Part shown: positions 1 through 10,670 of the stretch, piece after piece | Layout of the letters: every line of letters starts with the position of its first letter | How positions within the stretch are numbered: the stretch's first letter is position 1 | Origin: Promethearchaeota archaeon | GTDB taxonomy: Archaea; Asgardarchaeota; Lokiarchaeia; Sigyniarchaeales; SOKP01 | NCBI GenBank assembly: GCA_048938855.1 | Contig: JBHLLT010000010.1 | Span: 1 to 64,000, forward strand | DNA: 64,000 bases | Direction of reading: 5' to 3' | The notes under the pieces: generated by a model | Database searches by the model: none | Told to the model about the DNA's origin: nothing | The model's input: only the letters and a program-made list of their open reading frames with translations | Program-made: the position numbers and the translations under genes

Positions 1-783
1 AGGGAAGGAAATGTTTTAGTTGTTGGTTCTGGACAATCAGGAATGCAAATTGCTGAAGAATTATACAAATCTGGCAAGAAAGTGTTTCTTTCAATCGGAA
101 GTACCAAAAGAATTCCTAGATCATATAGAGGTAAAGATTTAACTTATTGGGGAATAAAACTCAAAATGTATGACAAAACTGTTGACGAATTAGATGATTT
201 ATCAGAACGTCTGGTTAGTAATGCACATGTTTCAGGTGTAAATGGAGGACATACGGTTAATTTACATAGATATGCCAAAGATGGTGTGACTCTATTAGCA
301 AGAATTGTTCGATCTAATGATTTTAAGTTATATTTTGATAAAAATTTACACCAGTTATTAATTAATACAGACAGTTTGGAAAAAGAAATATGCCCTGCAA
401 TTGATAAATTAATTGAAGAAAATAATTTGGATGCACCAGAAGAAGAGTTGGAAGTTTTAAATGATGGATTTAATCAACAAATCATTGAAGAGTTAGATTT
501 GAGAGAATCTAATATAAATACCATTATTTGGGCCACTGGTTATACTCGTGACTATTCTTTTATAAAAATTGATAAAAAAATTATTGATGAAATGGGTTTT
601 CCTATTCAAAAAAGAGGAGTTTCCGAAGAAAATGGGCTTTTCTTTATCGGAACCGTTTGGTTACATAAAATTGGATCTAGTTTACTTTATGGAGTCGGAG
701 AGGATGCAGAATATATTGTTAAACAAATCTGCTCTAGCAATTATTCTCCAACAAATAATAAAGAAATCCTAATATCTAATTAA
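1..783 (+). CDS. Flavin-dependent monooxygenase / FAD-NAD(P) oxidoreductase (FMO-like), 5'-truncated by the window edge
   Basis: Frame is open from base 1: REGNVLVVGSGQSGMQIAEEL (GxGxSG dinucleotide motif). Also has IIWATGY and GLFFIG motifs typical of FMO-like proteins. Confidence 0.8.
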   Translation, partial: REGNVLVVGSGQSGMQIAEELYKSGKKVFLSIGSTKRIPRSYRGKDLTYWGIKLKMYDKTVDELDDLSERLVSNAHVSGVNGGHTVNLHRYAKDGVTLLARIVRSNDFKLYFDKNLHQLLINTDSLEKEICPAIDKLIEENNLDAPEEELEVLNDGFNQQIIEELDLRESNINTIIWATGYTRDYSFIKIDKKIIDEMGFPIQKRGVSEENGLFFIGTVWLHKIGSSLLYGVGEDAEYIVKQICSSNYSPTNNKEILISN

Positions 784-1072
784 ATATATTTTTTTCACTT
801 TTACAATTGCGGTATTAAAATTATTATTTTTATTAAAATTATTGATTTACTTATGGAAGCGCTATTTAACTTAGATGAATTATAATGAACTCATAAATTT
901 CTATTATTTCAAATAAACTATTATTTTTATTTCTGGTATATTATAATTTATAAATATATCTTATCAACTCCTTTCCTTTTGCAATACAATTCTGCACAAG
1001 TAGTTTGAAATATTATCCGAATTAATATATTGTCTATTTCTGCCAAGCTTTACAAAAATTGGAGGTTTTAAT

Positions 1073-1444
1073 ATGGAAAACAACAAATTAGAAATAACTG
1101 CCATAATGAAGATACCAAGGGGTAAGCTTAAAGAATTCAAGCAACTCGCAGCTGAGACAATTAGAGTGACCCATGAAAAAGATACGGGAACAATTAAGTA
1201 TGACATTTTTATTAATAGTGACGAGACAGAAAGTGAAATTCGGATGGTATATGAGAACTTAGAAGCTTTTCTCGAGCACTCGGTTAATTTAAGCGAGATT
1301 CTAGAAAAAATTTATATTGATTTCCCAGTAGATCATGTGAATATCTACGGTCAACCCTCACCGGAGCTTCTAGAAGCATTAAAAGGCGTTGATATTAGGG
1401 TTTATTCATTTTCCTTAGGACTTGAAGAGTTTATTGAAAATTAA
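1073..1444 (+). CDS. Antibiotic biosynthesis monooxygenase (ABM) / putative quinol monooxygenase family protein
   Basis: Dimeric alpha-beta barrel pattern (IPRGKLKEFK...EKDTGTIKYD...YENLEAFLEH). GGAGG SD upstream. Confidence 0.7.
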   Translation: MENNKLEITAIMKIPRGKLKEFKQLAAETIRVTHEKDTGTIKYDIFINSDETESEIRMVYENLEAFLEHSVNLSEILEKIYIDFPVDHVNIYGQPSPELLEALKGVDIRVYSFSLGLEEFIEN

Positions 1445-1618
1445 AAATTTCTTTTATTCTTTCAATAGAATTATCTTTGAAATTAGAGTCTGAATTTTCC
1501 TTTCCAACCTTAGAAGGATAGGAACACCAAAATCAAATGGAAAATAGCTTTTTCATTTAAAAAAAGTATATAAATTAATATTTGATTCTAACTTAGATAT
1601 GAATAGGTTGATTTTTAA

Positions 1619-2293
1619 ATGTCAGAAATTTACGTTCCGATTGATTTTTCAAACGCTCGAGATGTAATTCCTCCTGGTGAAGATATTATTTATAGCACTA
1701 TTTGTGCTGGAAAAGGCGAATTTTTAGAGGGCACCAAGAGTACAACCTATAAATGGGAGTCTCACTTTTTACTCACCGATAAAGGTGTAGCCTTCACCAT
1801 CCCATTAGATGTTAGCCACACCAAAAAACAGATAAAAAATTTGAATCCAAGAGCAGAACATTACCTAGAATGGCATAATATTATTGTAGTTCCCGGTCGT
1901 ACCGGAGATAAACCTGGATTTATAGTTGATAAAATAGAAAATGAAATAAAAATAACTTGTTTCTTTGAACTTGTACGAAATCCTAATTTCGAATCTGAAG
2001 AAAAATTTCAAGACAGAAAACAATTGTTTTTCGACAAATTTAAACCCATACAAGAACAGAAAAGGAATGATATAATTGAAAAATTCTATGAATTCAAAAA
2101 AGAAAATCCAGACTATAATTGGTTTGCTGAAGATAGCCGAAAAGAATTACTGAAGTTGTTTCCTATAAATAAAAGCATATACTTAGAAGTTGTTGAGAGG
2201 ATTTCCAAAGAAGAAAAAGCTGCTAAAAAAGCAGAAAAACAAAGATTAAAAGAAGAGAAAAAACGGCAAAAAGAAGCAAAAAAAGGAAAATGA
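1619..2293 (+). CDS. Hypothetical protein, possible PH-like N-terminal domain and Lys/Glu-rich C-terminal tail
   Basis: 224-aa ORF. IPPGEDIIYS...HFLLTDKGVAF resembles PH-like beta strands; KKAEKQRLKEEKKRQKEAKKGK tail. Confidence 0.55.
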   Translation: MSEIYVPIDFSNARDVIPPGEDIIYSTICAGKGEFLEGTKSTTYKWESHFLLTDKGVAFTIPLDVSHTKKQIKNLNPRAEHYLEWHNIIVVPGRTGDKPGFIVDKIENEIKITCFFELVRNPNFESEEKFQDRKQLFFDKFKPIQEQKRNDIIEKFYEFKKENPDYNWFAEDSRKELLKLFPINKSIYLEVVERISKEEKAAKKAEKQRLKEEKKRQKEAKKGK

Positions 2294-2447
2294 TTACGAA
2301 AAAAGCTAAAAAACCCTGAATTTACTTTTCCATTCCAATTTCACAGAAAATTGGGACAAAATTTTAAAAGAATGTATAAATATTGCATTCTAAGATCCAA
2401 TGTAATTGAATAGAAACATCAAGATATAAAAATAAGAGGTGCTAAGT

Positions 2448-2810
2448 ATGCCATATCTCAAAATACAAATAAATCAAGACTTTGATGAAGAAAAAAAAGC
2501 AGAAATAATGGATAAAATCTCAAAACTGGTAGCAAAAAAATTAGGTAAACCTGAAAGTATGATTATGGTTGCACTTGAGACTGCTACAAAGATGGTGTTT
2601 GGAGGGACAAATGAACCGACCATATTTATGGAACTGAAGAGTGTTGGTTTACCTGAGTCAAAAACAAGTGATTTATCTGAATCATTATGTGATTTTGCAG
2701 AACAACATTTGAATGTTAAAAAAGAAAGAATATACATTGAATTTGCTGATGCAGTAAAATCAATGTTTGGCTGGAAGGGGAAAAACATATTAGAATTATT
2801 TCCAGATTAA
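2448..2810 (+). CDS. MIF / phenylpyruvate tautomerase family protein
   Basis: ATG at 2448 gives MPYLKIQ, exposing the catalytic Pro1. LGKPE, FGG..EP, ELKSVG, RIYIEF and GWKG match the MIF pattern. Confidence 0.85.
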   Translation: MPYLKIQINQDFDEEKKAEIMDKISKLVAKKLGKPESMIMVALETATKMVFGGTNEPTIFMELKSVGLPESKTSDLSESLCDFAEQHLNVKKERIYIEFADAVKSMFGWKGKNILELFPD

Positions 2811-2955
2811 TTTTACCTCAAAAGATATAAAAGAACAACTTAAATGGGCTATCAACGGAATCGATATCGTTGGATGTGAGCTAACCCAAAATATAGCGAA
2901 AAAGCTAAAAGAAAAATAGAAAGAAAAAATAAGTTAAAAAAATTGATTAAAATTA

Positions 2956-4641
2956 TTAATACATATCTGGAGGCATTCCCATTCCTCCCATACCTCCAGG
3001 GGGCATTCCCATTCCTCCCATACCTCCGGGTGGCATTCCACCAGGGGGCATAGCAGATTTAGCAGATGCAATCACATCGTCGATGCGAAGAATCATAGAG
3101 GTAGCTTCAGTGGAGCTTTTAATAGCTTGAACTTTGACTACAGTTGGTTCGACAACGCCGATGGAGGACATATCATCCACTACATTTCCAGTATCAAGGT
3201 CATGACCAGCGAATTTATTACCTTTTTGATGAGAGGCTCGTAATTTCATGAGAGTATCAATTTGGTCAAGTCCAGCATTTTCAGCGAGTGTTTTAGGGAT
3301 GATATCAAGCGAGTCAGCGAAAACTTCGACAGCAAGTTGTTCACGTCCACCAAGGGTTGAGGCATATTTTCTGAGTTGTATAGCAGTTTCGATTTCTGGA
3401 GCGCCACCGCCGCCGACAAGTTTTTGATCTTCAACTACGTCTCTGACGACGCAGAGTGCATCGTGAATTGCTCGTTCAACTTCATCGACGATGAGTTCAG
3501 TTCCACCTCTGATAAGGATTACAACAGATTTAGGGTCTTTACATTCTTCGATGAAAATCCAGGAGTCGTTCATAATTTTACGTTCTTCGACTAGTCCAGC
3601 CCATCCAAGATTTTCTGGGGTGACATCATCCAGATTAGTAAAAATCATACCACCAGTTGCTTTTGAGAGTTTTTCAATATCAGATTTCTTGACACGTCTG
3701 ACAGCCATAATTCCTGCTCTAGTAAGGAAGTGTTGAGCCATATCATCAATACCTTTTTGGCAGATGACAACAGTTGCACCAGATTTTTGGATTTTTTCGA
3801 CCATTGTTCTTAACATATGTTCTTCTTCGTCTAGGAATTGTTGAATTTGTTCTGGGCTGGTAATTTGAAGTTTAGTATCAAATTCTGTTTTTTCAATTTC
3901 AATTGCGGATTGAAGTAAGAGAATTTTAGCATCTTTCACACTTTTTGGCATACCAGGGCTTACAACTTCTTTATCTAAGATAATACCTTTAATCAAGTGG
4001 GTATCGTCAATTGAGTCTCCTTCTTTCTTTTGAATTTGGACTTTTTCAATATCAGCAACCCAACGCTCATCCTCATCTTTTTCAGAAATAGCTTTAATAG
4101 CATTCATACAAATTTTAGCAAGTTTCTCTTTGGATTCAGAGACAATTTTACTTGACATACAAGTCATAGCAGCATTTTTTAGACCCTGTTCATCTTCAAT
4201 ACCGCTATTAATGGAAATTTTTTCTAAGATTTCAATAGCTTTATCCGCAGCTTTTCGAAAACCTTCAGTGATTACAGTTGGATGAATCTTCTGTTCTAGA
4301 AGTTTTTTAGCTCTTTTTAATAATTCTCCTGCTAGAATTACTGATGTTGTTGTACCATCACCAACTTCGGAGTCTTGAGTTTTAGCAACTTCTACCATCA
4401 TCTTAGCAGCTGGATGTTGTACATCAATTTCTTTTAAAATTGTAGCACCGTCATTTGTAATCACTACATCACCAAATTGGTCAACTAACATTTTATCCAT
4501 ACCTCTTGGTCCTAATGAGGTACGTACAGCTTCTGCGATAACGATAGCAGCAGCAATGTTATTTTGCATAGCATCTCTGCCGCGTTGTCTTTCTGTACCT
4601 TCTTTCATTATTAATACGGGTGTTCCGCCTAATTGTGCCAT
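2956..4641 (-). CDS. ths: Thermosome (group II chaperonin) subunit
   Basis: [30 protein letters not shown] motifs and a Gly/Met-rich tail. Confidence 0.98.
   Translation of the reverse strand: MAQLGGTPVLIMKEGTERQRGRDAMQNNIAAAIVIAEAVRTSLGPRGMDKMLVDQFGDVVITNDGATILKEIDVQHPAAKMMVEVAKTQDSEVGDGTTTSVILAGELLKRAKKLLEQKIHPTVITEGFRKAADKAIEILEKISINSGIEDEQGLKNAAMTCMSSKIVSESKEKLAKICMNAIKAISEKDEDERWVADIEKVQIQKKEGDSIDDTHLIKGIILDKEVVSPGMPKSVKDAKILLLQSAIEIEKTEFDTKLQITSPEQIQQFLDEEEHMLRTMVEKIQKSGATVVICQKGIDDMAQHFLTRAGIMAVRRVKKSDIEKLSKATGGMIFTNLDDVTPENLGWAGLVEERKIMNDSWIFIEECKDPKSVVILIRGGTELIVDEVERAIHDALCVVRDVVEDQKLVGGGGAPEIETAIQLRKYASTLGGREQLAVEVFADSLDIIPKTLAENAGLDQIDTLMKLRASHQKGNKFAGHDLDTGNVVDDMSSIGVVEPTVVKVQAIKSSTEATSMILRIDDVIASAKSAMPPGGMPPGGMGGMGMPPGGMGGMGMPPDMY
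2972..3050 (-). repeat. 30-nt-period coding tandem repeat encoding the ([10 protein letters not shown])n chaperonin tail
   Basis: ggcattcccattcctcccatacctcc occurs at 2972-2997 and 3002-3027, followed by partial MPPGG copies. Confidence 0.9.
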
Positions 4642-4871
4642 TATTTTTCACTTTTAGTTAATTTAATTCTTAAATAATTTTTATGATATTTCTTTTCTTT
4701 ATATAGATCTCTAAGTCATAAAATTAAAAAAGTTTACGAATTTCAAAATCTAACTATAAGACATCTGAGTTTAATTTTTTTACTTTTTACCTATGGTTTT
4801 TTAAGTATTATTTCTATAACAAGGCTAGAGATCTATCAAAAAATAATGAAATCTAGAAAAATCAAGAAAAG

Positions 4872-6218
4872 ATGGAAGTAAGGGAATATGTTGTTATAAA
4901 TGATGAGAAATTCTACATTGAGAACGATAGACTTTATATTAGCAAAGTTGAAGTAGAAAATTTTGAAGATATTAAAGGGCTTGAAAATCTTAAATCATTA
5001 AAAGAATTAACGCTTAGACATCTTGGATTAAAGAATCTAAATAATTCAATTGGAAATCTCAAATCTCTAGAGTTATTATATCTTGACTTTAATTTATTAA
5101 CGGATCTTCCAGAAGCTTTAGGTACTCTTCATTATCTTAAAAGGTTGCATTTAAGGCACAATAAACTTAAAAGGTTTCCAGATTGTATTAAAGACCTGAA
5201 ATCAATCGAATATCTTGATTTAAGTAGCAATAAAGGGATGAAAGACTTATACAAAATAAAAAGTCTTGAAAACTTTAAAACTTTGGATACTTTAGCTCTT
5301 GATAGAGTTGGTTTGAAAAAATTACCCGAATCAATTGGAAATCTCGAATCCTTGGAAAATTTATTTCTTAAAAATAATCTGTTAACTAATCTTCCAGAAA
5401 CCTTAAGAAATCTTTCTAATTTAAAATATTTAGCAATTGGAGATAATAAGTTCAAAAAGATCCCTAAATGTATAGGAGATCTAACTTCTCTTGAAGATCT
5501 TGAACTTAGTGGAAATGATGGTATTAAAAATTTGGTTTTATTAAGCAAATTACCCCTATTATATTCCCTAGATTTAGGATTTTGCGCTTTAGGAGAGATA
5601 CCAAATAATCTATGCAACTTAAAGAAACTCCGTGTCTTAAATTTGAGTGGTAATAATTTAAATCATGTTCCTAGCAAATTTGACAATTTAAACTTACTTG
5701 AAGGGATTGGAATTAGTGATAATAATTTTCGAATTTTCCCTGAAATTTTAACTCATTTAACTGCATTAAAAAAAGTTTGGTGCAGGAAATCTAATATTTT
5801 TAAATTACCTGATTCATTTAGTAATCTTGAAAATTTAAATGATTTATCCCTAAATTTTAACTATTTAACTCGACTTCCTGACTCAATAGGAGATTTAACG
5901 TCTTTAGAATTATTACGGTTAGGATATAATCATCTTGGGGGACTTCCAGAAAGTATAGGAAATCTAGAATCAATTACAAATTTGTCTCTCCAAGGAAATA
6001 AATTAAAGACTCTGCCTAGGTCAATAGGAAACCTTCAAAATCTTCATGAATTAGATCTTAGAGAAAACCAGATAAAATTTCTTCCTGAAACAATATTAAA
6101 TTGTGGTTCACTTGAGTTATTGAGCCTTACCTCAAATCCAATATCTACAAGACGAGATCCGAAGACTTTAGACCTTTTAAAAGAATTAAGCGATAATAAT
6201 GTAGCAGTTCTTCTTTAA
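4872..6218 (+). CDS. Leucine-rich repeat protein
   Basis: Many LxxLxLxxNxLxxLPxxIGxL repeats of about 23 aa across the protein. Confidence 0.95.
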   Translation: MEVREYVVINDEKFYIENDRLYISKVEVENFEDIKGLENLKSLKELTLRHLGLKNLNNSIGNLKSLELLYLDFNLLTDLPEALGTLHYLKRLHLRHNKLKRFPDCIKDLKSIEYLDLSSNKGMKDLYKIKSLENFKTLDTLALDRVGLKKLPESIGNLESLENLFLKNNLLTNLPETLRNLSNLKYLAIGDNKFKKIPKCIGDLTSLEDLELSGNDGIKNLVLLSKLPLLYSLDLGFCALGEIPNNLCNLKKLRVLNLSGNNLNHVPSKFDNLNLLEGIGISDNNFRIFPEILTHLTALKKVWCRKSNIFKLPDSFSNLENLNDLSLNFNYLTRLPDSIGDLTSLELLRLGYNHLGGLPESIGNLESITNLSLQGNKLKTLPRSIGNLQNLHELDLRENQIKFLPETILNCGSLELLSLTSNPISTRRDPKTLDLLKELSDNNVAVLL

Positions 6219-6313
6219 TTTATTTTAATATCCCATGATTTAAAAGTCAAATTAATCAAAAAAAATAAAAAGAAGTTAAAAATTTATTTTGAGATGCGTA
6301 TTGGTTTTAATAC

Positions 6314-7657
6314 TTAGCTTCCCCCCAGCATTCCTTTAAGAATTTCTTCCATTACGATTCCAGTTTGCACTCCGACGGACATTGATTCTTCGTATTGTGT
6401 AGGGTCCCATTCATCTGCGGGGATAATATACCCTAATTCATCGTTAGCTAACCCAATCTGGAATTTATACTTACCAGTCATGGCTTCTCTCAACCGATAT
6501 CCTATACTGGGTAAAACCTCTCCCGGCATTGTAATGATCTGAGCTTTGCCAATATTAATTACATTGACTTCTGTCATTAGGGATCCCATCGGGGGGACGT
6601 CGGGGTTATACCAAGGTGAGGATCTTTGAAGTATACCTATACTCATTGCGTAGTAAAATACTGGGTTTTCTAATGGAACTTCAAACACAACTTTTTCTAG
6701 GTTAAATTTTTGCTTCCAACTTGGAAAATATGTACCCCAAGAATAGCTTTTGCGAGATTTTAAGGCTTTAATTGTTGCACATGCAAGTGTATTACCAATT
6801 TCTTCTGCTTTTCCGAATGTGTGCTCTTCCACATCTGGAGTTATCATTCCTCCAAGTGCTCCGTTAAAAAAAATTGCGATTCCTCCCAATTTATCTTCGA
6901 TTTTATTACGTAGATAACCTACGTAATCTGCTGATATTTCCAGATTATCTGACCATAGCACTTCTGGATGACCTGCATAGTTTATCATTGTAGCGATAGT
7001 ATCACCCTTTCTGCTTTGTACATTCATTACTTCCAAATTTGGATAGACTCTACCCTCATCCCTGGAATTCTTCATCAATCCAGGCACTAACGCTGAAGCA
7101 AATCGTATATAAGCACTTTCCATATTTTGATATGCATGGCTTATACATTGCTTAATTTGATTTGCTATGAATTCCATATATGGCCAGTTAACTCCAGGTG
7201 TTGGATAGGGAAGGTTCCAGAGTCCTAACGTGTCGGGTCCTGAATGTGTATGAGTGCAAGCAATTATAATATTGTCTGCGTCTATATCATATTCATCTTC
7301 TATTTCTGTTCTTATTAAATCAACCTGATCGATAAAATACCCGATTAAATCGAGTGCTACAAATACTATTGTAGTACCGTGATAATTTAGAATTAAGCAC
7401 CTAGCATAAATATCATCATGAACTGCAGAAGCAGGTCTTTCACCAAGGTCTCCAAATCCAGCTAAAAAAACTGGCGATCCATCGGGATTGATAGGAATAC
7501 CTTCTTCAGTCGTTTCTGGTGTTATTGGTAAAACGTATGCACCCGCTGTTAATCTCCATTGAGGTCTTCCACAAGCTACAGTACCTACCGGAATAACAGT
7601 TATTAAAAATCCGACAATAAACAAGAGGATTGACATTTTTAATTTATTTTTAGGCAT
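6314..7657 (-). CDS. Secreted neutral/alkaline ceramidase-family amidohydrolase
   Basis: N-terminal signal peptide ending VGTVAC. Motifs HDDIYARCL, CTHTHSGPD, NYAGHPE, PGE, GLANDELGYI and YEE. SD GAGGTGA at 7665-7671. Confidence 0.8.
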   Translation of the reverse strand: MPKNKLKMSILLFIVGFLITVIPVGTVACGRPQWRLTAGAYVLPITPETTEEGIPINPDGSPVFLAGFGDLGERPASAVHDDIYARCLILNYHGTTIVFVALDLIGYFIDQVDLIRTEIEDEYDIDADNIIIACTHTHSGPDTLGLWNLPYPTPGVNWPYMEFIANQIKQCISHAYQNMESAYIRFASALVPGLMKNSRDEGRVYPNLEVMNVQSRKGDTIATMINYAGHPEVLWSDNLEISADYVGYLRNKIEDKLGGIAIFFNGALGGMITPDVEEHTFGKAEEIGNTLACATIKALKSRKSYSWGTYFPSWKQKFNLEKVVFEVPLENPVFYYAMSIGILQRSSPWYNPDVPPMGSLMTEVNVINIGKAQIITMPGEVLPSIGYRLREAMTGKYKFQIGLANDELGYIIPADEWDPTQYEESMSVGVQTGIVMEEILKGMLGGS

Positions 7658-7693
7658 AATTTCGTCACCTCTAGGATATTATTATTAGGTCTG

Positions 7694-7733
7694 TATTTAA
7701 ATGTTATTCAATAGGATAACATCATTATGTTAT
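7694..7733 (-). promoter_or_regulatory. TATA box plus three alternating ATAACAT/ATGTTAT half-sites upstream of the ceramidase-like gene
   Basis: Minus-strand TTTAAATA at 7701-7694. atgttat at 7701-7707, ataacat at 7716-7722, atgttat at 7727-7733. Confidence 0.45.
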
Positions 7734-7880
7734 GCAAAATTATAGGTTACGTTGATTTGAATGTAAATATCGTATTTAGCAATCTTATTTTTCCACTATT
7801 TCAAGAATTCAATAAGGTAGGAGACATAAAATAATTAAGTTAAGAGATAAATACTATTTACAAAAAAATAGAAGATAAGG

Positions 7881-8042
7881 TTATTTAGTAAGCTCTCTTC
7901 GCTTTAATCGAAGATCTTTCCCATGGCATCTTCTGCATTTTTTTGCTCTAATTGGATTTAGTGCGCCACATCTTCTGCATACAGATTTTTCCAATAAATG
8001 GTATCTCGCTATTCTACGTTTTACAGGGTCATCAATGGGCAT
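7881..8042 (-). CDS. rpl40e: 50S ribosomal protein eL40 (not in ORF track)
   Basis: Translated by hand: MPIDDPVKRRIARYHLLEKSVCRRCGALNPIRAKKCRRCHGKDLRLKRRELTK. CxxC-x10-CxxC-x4-LRxK pattern of eL40; no ubiquitin fusion. Confidence 0.95.
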   Translation of the reverse strand: MPIDDPVKRRIARYHLLEKSVCRRCGALNPIRAKKCRRCHGKDLRLKRRELTK

Positions 8043-8232
8043 ATTGTTCAGCTCGATTTCTTTCCAGTTTCTTAGTTTTAAATATAGGATTTATAAAAGT
8101 AAGAATAATTTTTAAAACACATGATTCAAAATAAAATTTTTGTTTAGAATATGGCAAAATAAGATAAAATTAAAATTCTATGATTAATAGATCTACAAAT
8201 ACTTTACATTAATTAAGATAAGTTGAGCTAAT

Positions 8233-8427
8233 ATGCCACGAGAAATTTTTGATGAAAAAAAGTTTCTAGAGATTTCTGAATTTGCAATTCATTGCCGAGT
8301 TAAGCGATTAAAAGAAGTGGTGAAATTAAAATTGAGAACTAAGAAGATTCTTTATACTTACAAAACAGATCCTGCAAGTGCAGAGAGATTATTAAGAAAT
8401 ATTAGCTGTGATATTATAGAATTATAA
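8233..8427 (+). CDS. rpl38e: 50S ribosomal protein eL38
   Basis: MPREI...KKFLE...VKLKLRTKKILYT signature. Divergent from rpl40e. Confidence 0.9.
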   Translation: MPREIFDEKKFLEISEFAIHCRVKRLKEVVKLKLRTKKILYTYKTDPASAERLLRNISCDIIEL

Positions 8428-8569
8428 GAAACGTTTATTTAATTTTATTAGTATTCTTCTAAAATTTACAATAACTTCCATATAAAACTGGTTTTCTGAA
8501 AAAGATAATTATATATTACTCTATAATTATTTTATTTTTAAGAAAATAGCTAAAAAAAGTAATTTAAAC

Positions 8570-9490
8570 GTGATTCAAGCACTTTATATTTTTCAAAGTA
8601 ACTCAAAAGATCTTATATACAATAAGAGTTTTCAAAGTGATGAAAAATTGGAGATGTTTGATTCATTCTTTTCAGCTCTACAATCATTTGTATCAGAACT
8701 TACAGAAAGCAGTTCGGAATCGTTAAATACTATTGAATTAGGCCAATATTTTGTAATTATTACTCGCATCTTAGAAATATCGTCTGATTTAGTTATAATT
8801 ACTGATAAAGCAGATATAAAAGAAGTTCAGAAATTAATTCCAAAAATAAATCAAATTATTCTAAATTATCAAGATTTATTTATTAATTGGGATCGTCAGC
8901 CAGAAAAACTTGAAATGTTTGACTTAAAGATAATACAACTAATTTTGTCTGATAAAAAATTAATTGCGGGATCATCCTTAACATCTGAACAGAGTACAAT
9001 TTTAAAATCAATCTGGGAACAAAAAGGTAGTTTATCTGATCAATTAAGAGAAGATTTATCAAAAGAGAGAGCAATCTTAAGTCATGAATATTTAACTGAA
9101 CAAAATTTTATCAAGAAATATGAAATTTCAAAGAAATTGATTGAAATATCTGAAAAACTTCATGACGATGAAAAATTTATTGAATATCAGACAGAATCAA
9201 AGTCACTTAAAGACGAGATTAAAGACCGAAAAATTAGACTACAATATTATCTAGATAAAATTAACGAATCATTAAAATATTCTAAATATGCTGAAACATA
9301 TTCATATCTCTATTCATTTTGTATTAAACTTGAAAACTTTATTAATCCCGAGCTTATAATGAAATATAAAATTCTTGCTAAACATTTACTTAACAGAGAT
9401 AAATTCTCAAAAGATGATTTTAAAAAGTATCTTCAGGAAATCTCAATAATTAAAGAAGAAGTAAATGAGCGTTTATTTCTGGGCTCATAA
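8570..9490 (+). CDS. Longin-like N-terminal domain protein with helical C-terminus
   Basis: IQALYIF...LIYNKSF...FDSFFSALQSFVSEL...LNTIELG matches the Asgard longin-like pattern. Confidence 0.65.
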   Translation: MIQALYIFQSNSKDLIYNKSFQSDEKLEMFDSFFSALQSFVSELTESSSESLNTIELGQYFVIITRILEISSDLVIITDKADIKEVQKLIPKINQIILNYQDLFINWDRQPEKLEMFDLKIIQLILSDKKLIAGSSLTSEQSTILKSIWEQKGSLSDQLREDLSKERAILSHEYLTEQNFIKKYEISKKLIEISEKLHDDEKFIEYQTESKSLKDEIKDRKIRLQYYLDKINESLKYSKYAETYSYLYSFCIKLENFINPELIMKYKILAKHLLNRDKFSKDDFKKYLQEISIIKEEVNERLFLGS

Positions 9491-9731
9491 GAAAGTACCT
9501 TAACTTAATAAGTGAATTCCCCAAAGTTATAAACCTCTTTTTCACAATAATTAGGCAATGAAACTGTTATAATTGTTTTTAAATATATACTTTAAGAATC
9601 CTTATGAAAAAATTTAATTAACAATTTTAAATAGATCTCAATTGTATTATTAAATATCATAATGAGATATAGGGAATATTTATATTGTGAAATTTTTAAT
9701 TTGGTATAAAGTCAATCTGGTTTAGAACATA

Positions 9732-10244
9732 ATGAAAGTATTACCTGCTGACAAAACTTGCATCAATTCGGGCTTTTTATGTAGCAATTGTCAAGCTAGG
9801 CTTGATGCTGGAGAGATTACTGAATTTGAGATTGAGATGGCTAAGGATTTGCTCCACTTGGAAGAAGAGGATGAAGAATTTGCTTTTCTTAAAGAAATTT
9901 CCTTCTATAAAGCAATTGATTATGAAGATTTAATAATAATAGTAGTAGGCAAGAAGGATAAATTAAGACTAACTCCAGATTTGATATCATGGATTAAAGA
10001 AACATATGAGGTTGACGAATTAATATTTATTGAAAAAACTAATAAACCTCGTCCAGTTGTAGAAGCTTTAATCAATCCATATAAGTTAAAATCTTTAAAC
10101 GAGATATTCTTAGCTACAGGTGATATTCAATTCAGAGCAGTCCTTTGGGAGGAGGATAGAGAAAAAATATTATTTACTAAAGAAGAGCTTGAAGAACTAA
10201 TTTTTGAATTGACGGGAAATATTACTAGAGTAGAATTTCAATAA
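9732..10244 (+). CDS. Archaeal NusA-like transcription factor with N-terminal Cys motif
   Basis: [11 protein letters not shown]...GEITEFE N-terminus followed by two KH-like regions. Confidence 0.7.
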   Translation: MKVLPADKTCINSGFLCSNCQARLDAGEITEFEIEMAKDLLHLEEEDEEFAFLKEISFYKAIDYEDLIIIVVGKKDKLRLTPDLISWIKETYEVDELIFIEKTNKPRPVVEALINPYKLKSLNEIFLATGDIQFRAVLWEEDREKILFTKEELEELIFELTGNITRVEFQ

Positions 10245-10291
10245 TTAAAAAGATTTATTTAACTAACTTCTTAATACTTAATAGATTTATC

Positions 10292-10648
10292 GTGGAAGAA
10301 TATAAACAAGTTATATTAGTCAGAACAGATTTGAAAATGGGAACAGGAAAAAAATGTGCACAGTCTTGTCATGCTAGTGTAACTGCTTCTGATTTAGTAC
10401 GTGTCCAAAACAAAACAATATGGAAGAATTGGAAGAATTCAGGACAGAAAAAGGTGGTATTAAAGATCCAAAATATAGAACAACTAAAAGAAATATTAAT
10501 CAAGCTTGAATCTAAAAAAATTACTTATTTTGTCGTAAGTGATGCGGGATTAACTCAGTTAACTCCGGGTACAACAACAGCAGTAGGTATAGGTCCTATT
10601 TTATCAACTGAGATTGATAAAATTACTGGAGATTTAAAATTATTATAA
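10292..10648 (+). CDS. pth2: Peptidyl-tRNA hydrolase Pth2
   Basis: [59 protein letters not shown]. Confidence 0.97.
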   Translation: MEEYKQVILVRTDLKMGTGKKCAQSCHASVTASDLVRVQNKTIWKNWKNSGQKKVVLKIQNIEQLKEILIKLESKKITYFVVSDAGLTQLTPGTTTAVGIGPILSTEIDKITGDLKLL

Positions 10649-10670
10649 AACCAAATTATAGGATTGAAAA

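Noticed and set aside
2972-3050. Thermosome tail repeat as CRISPR or a novel repeat
   Set aside because: In-frame coding repeat with no spacers. Gly/Met-rich tails are normal for chaperonins.
7952-8134. 60-aa plus-strand ORF
   Set aside because: Antisense shadow of rpl40e.
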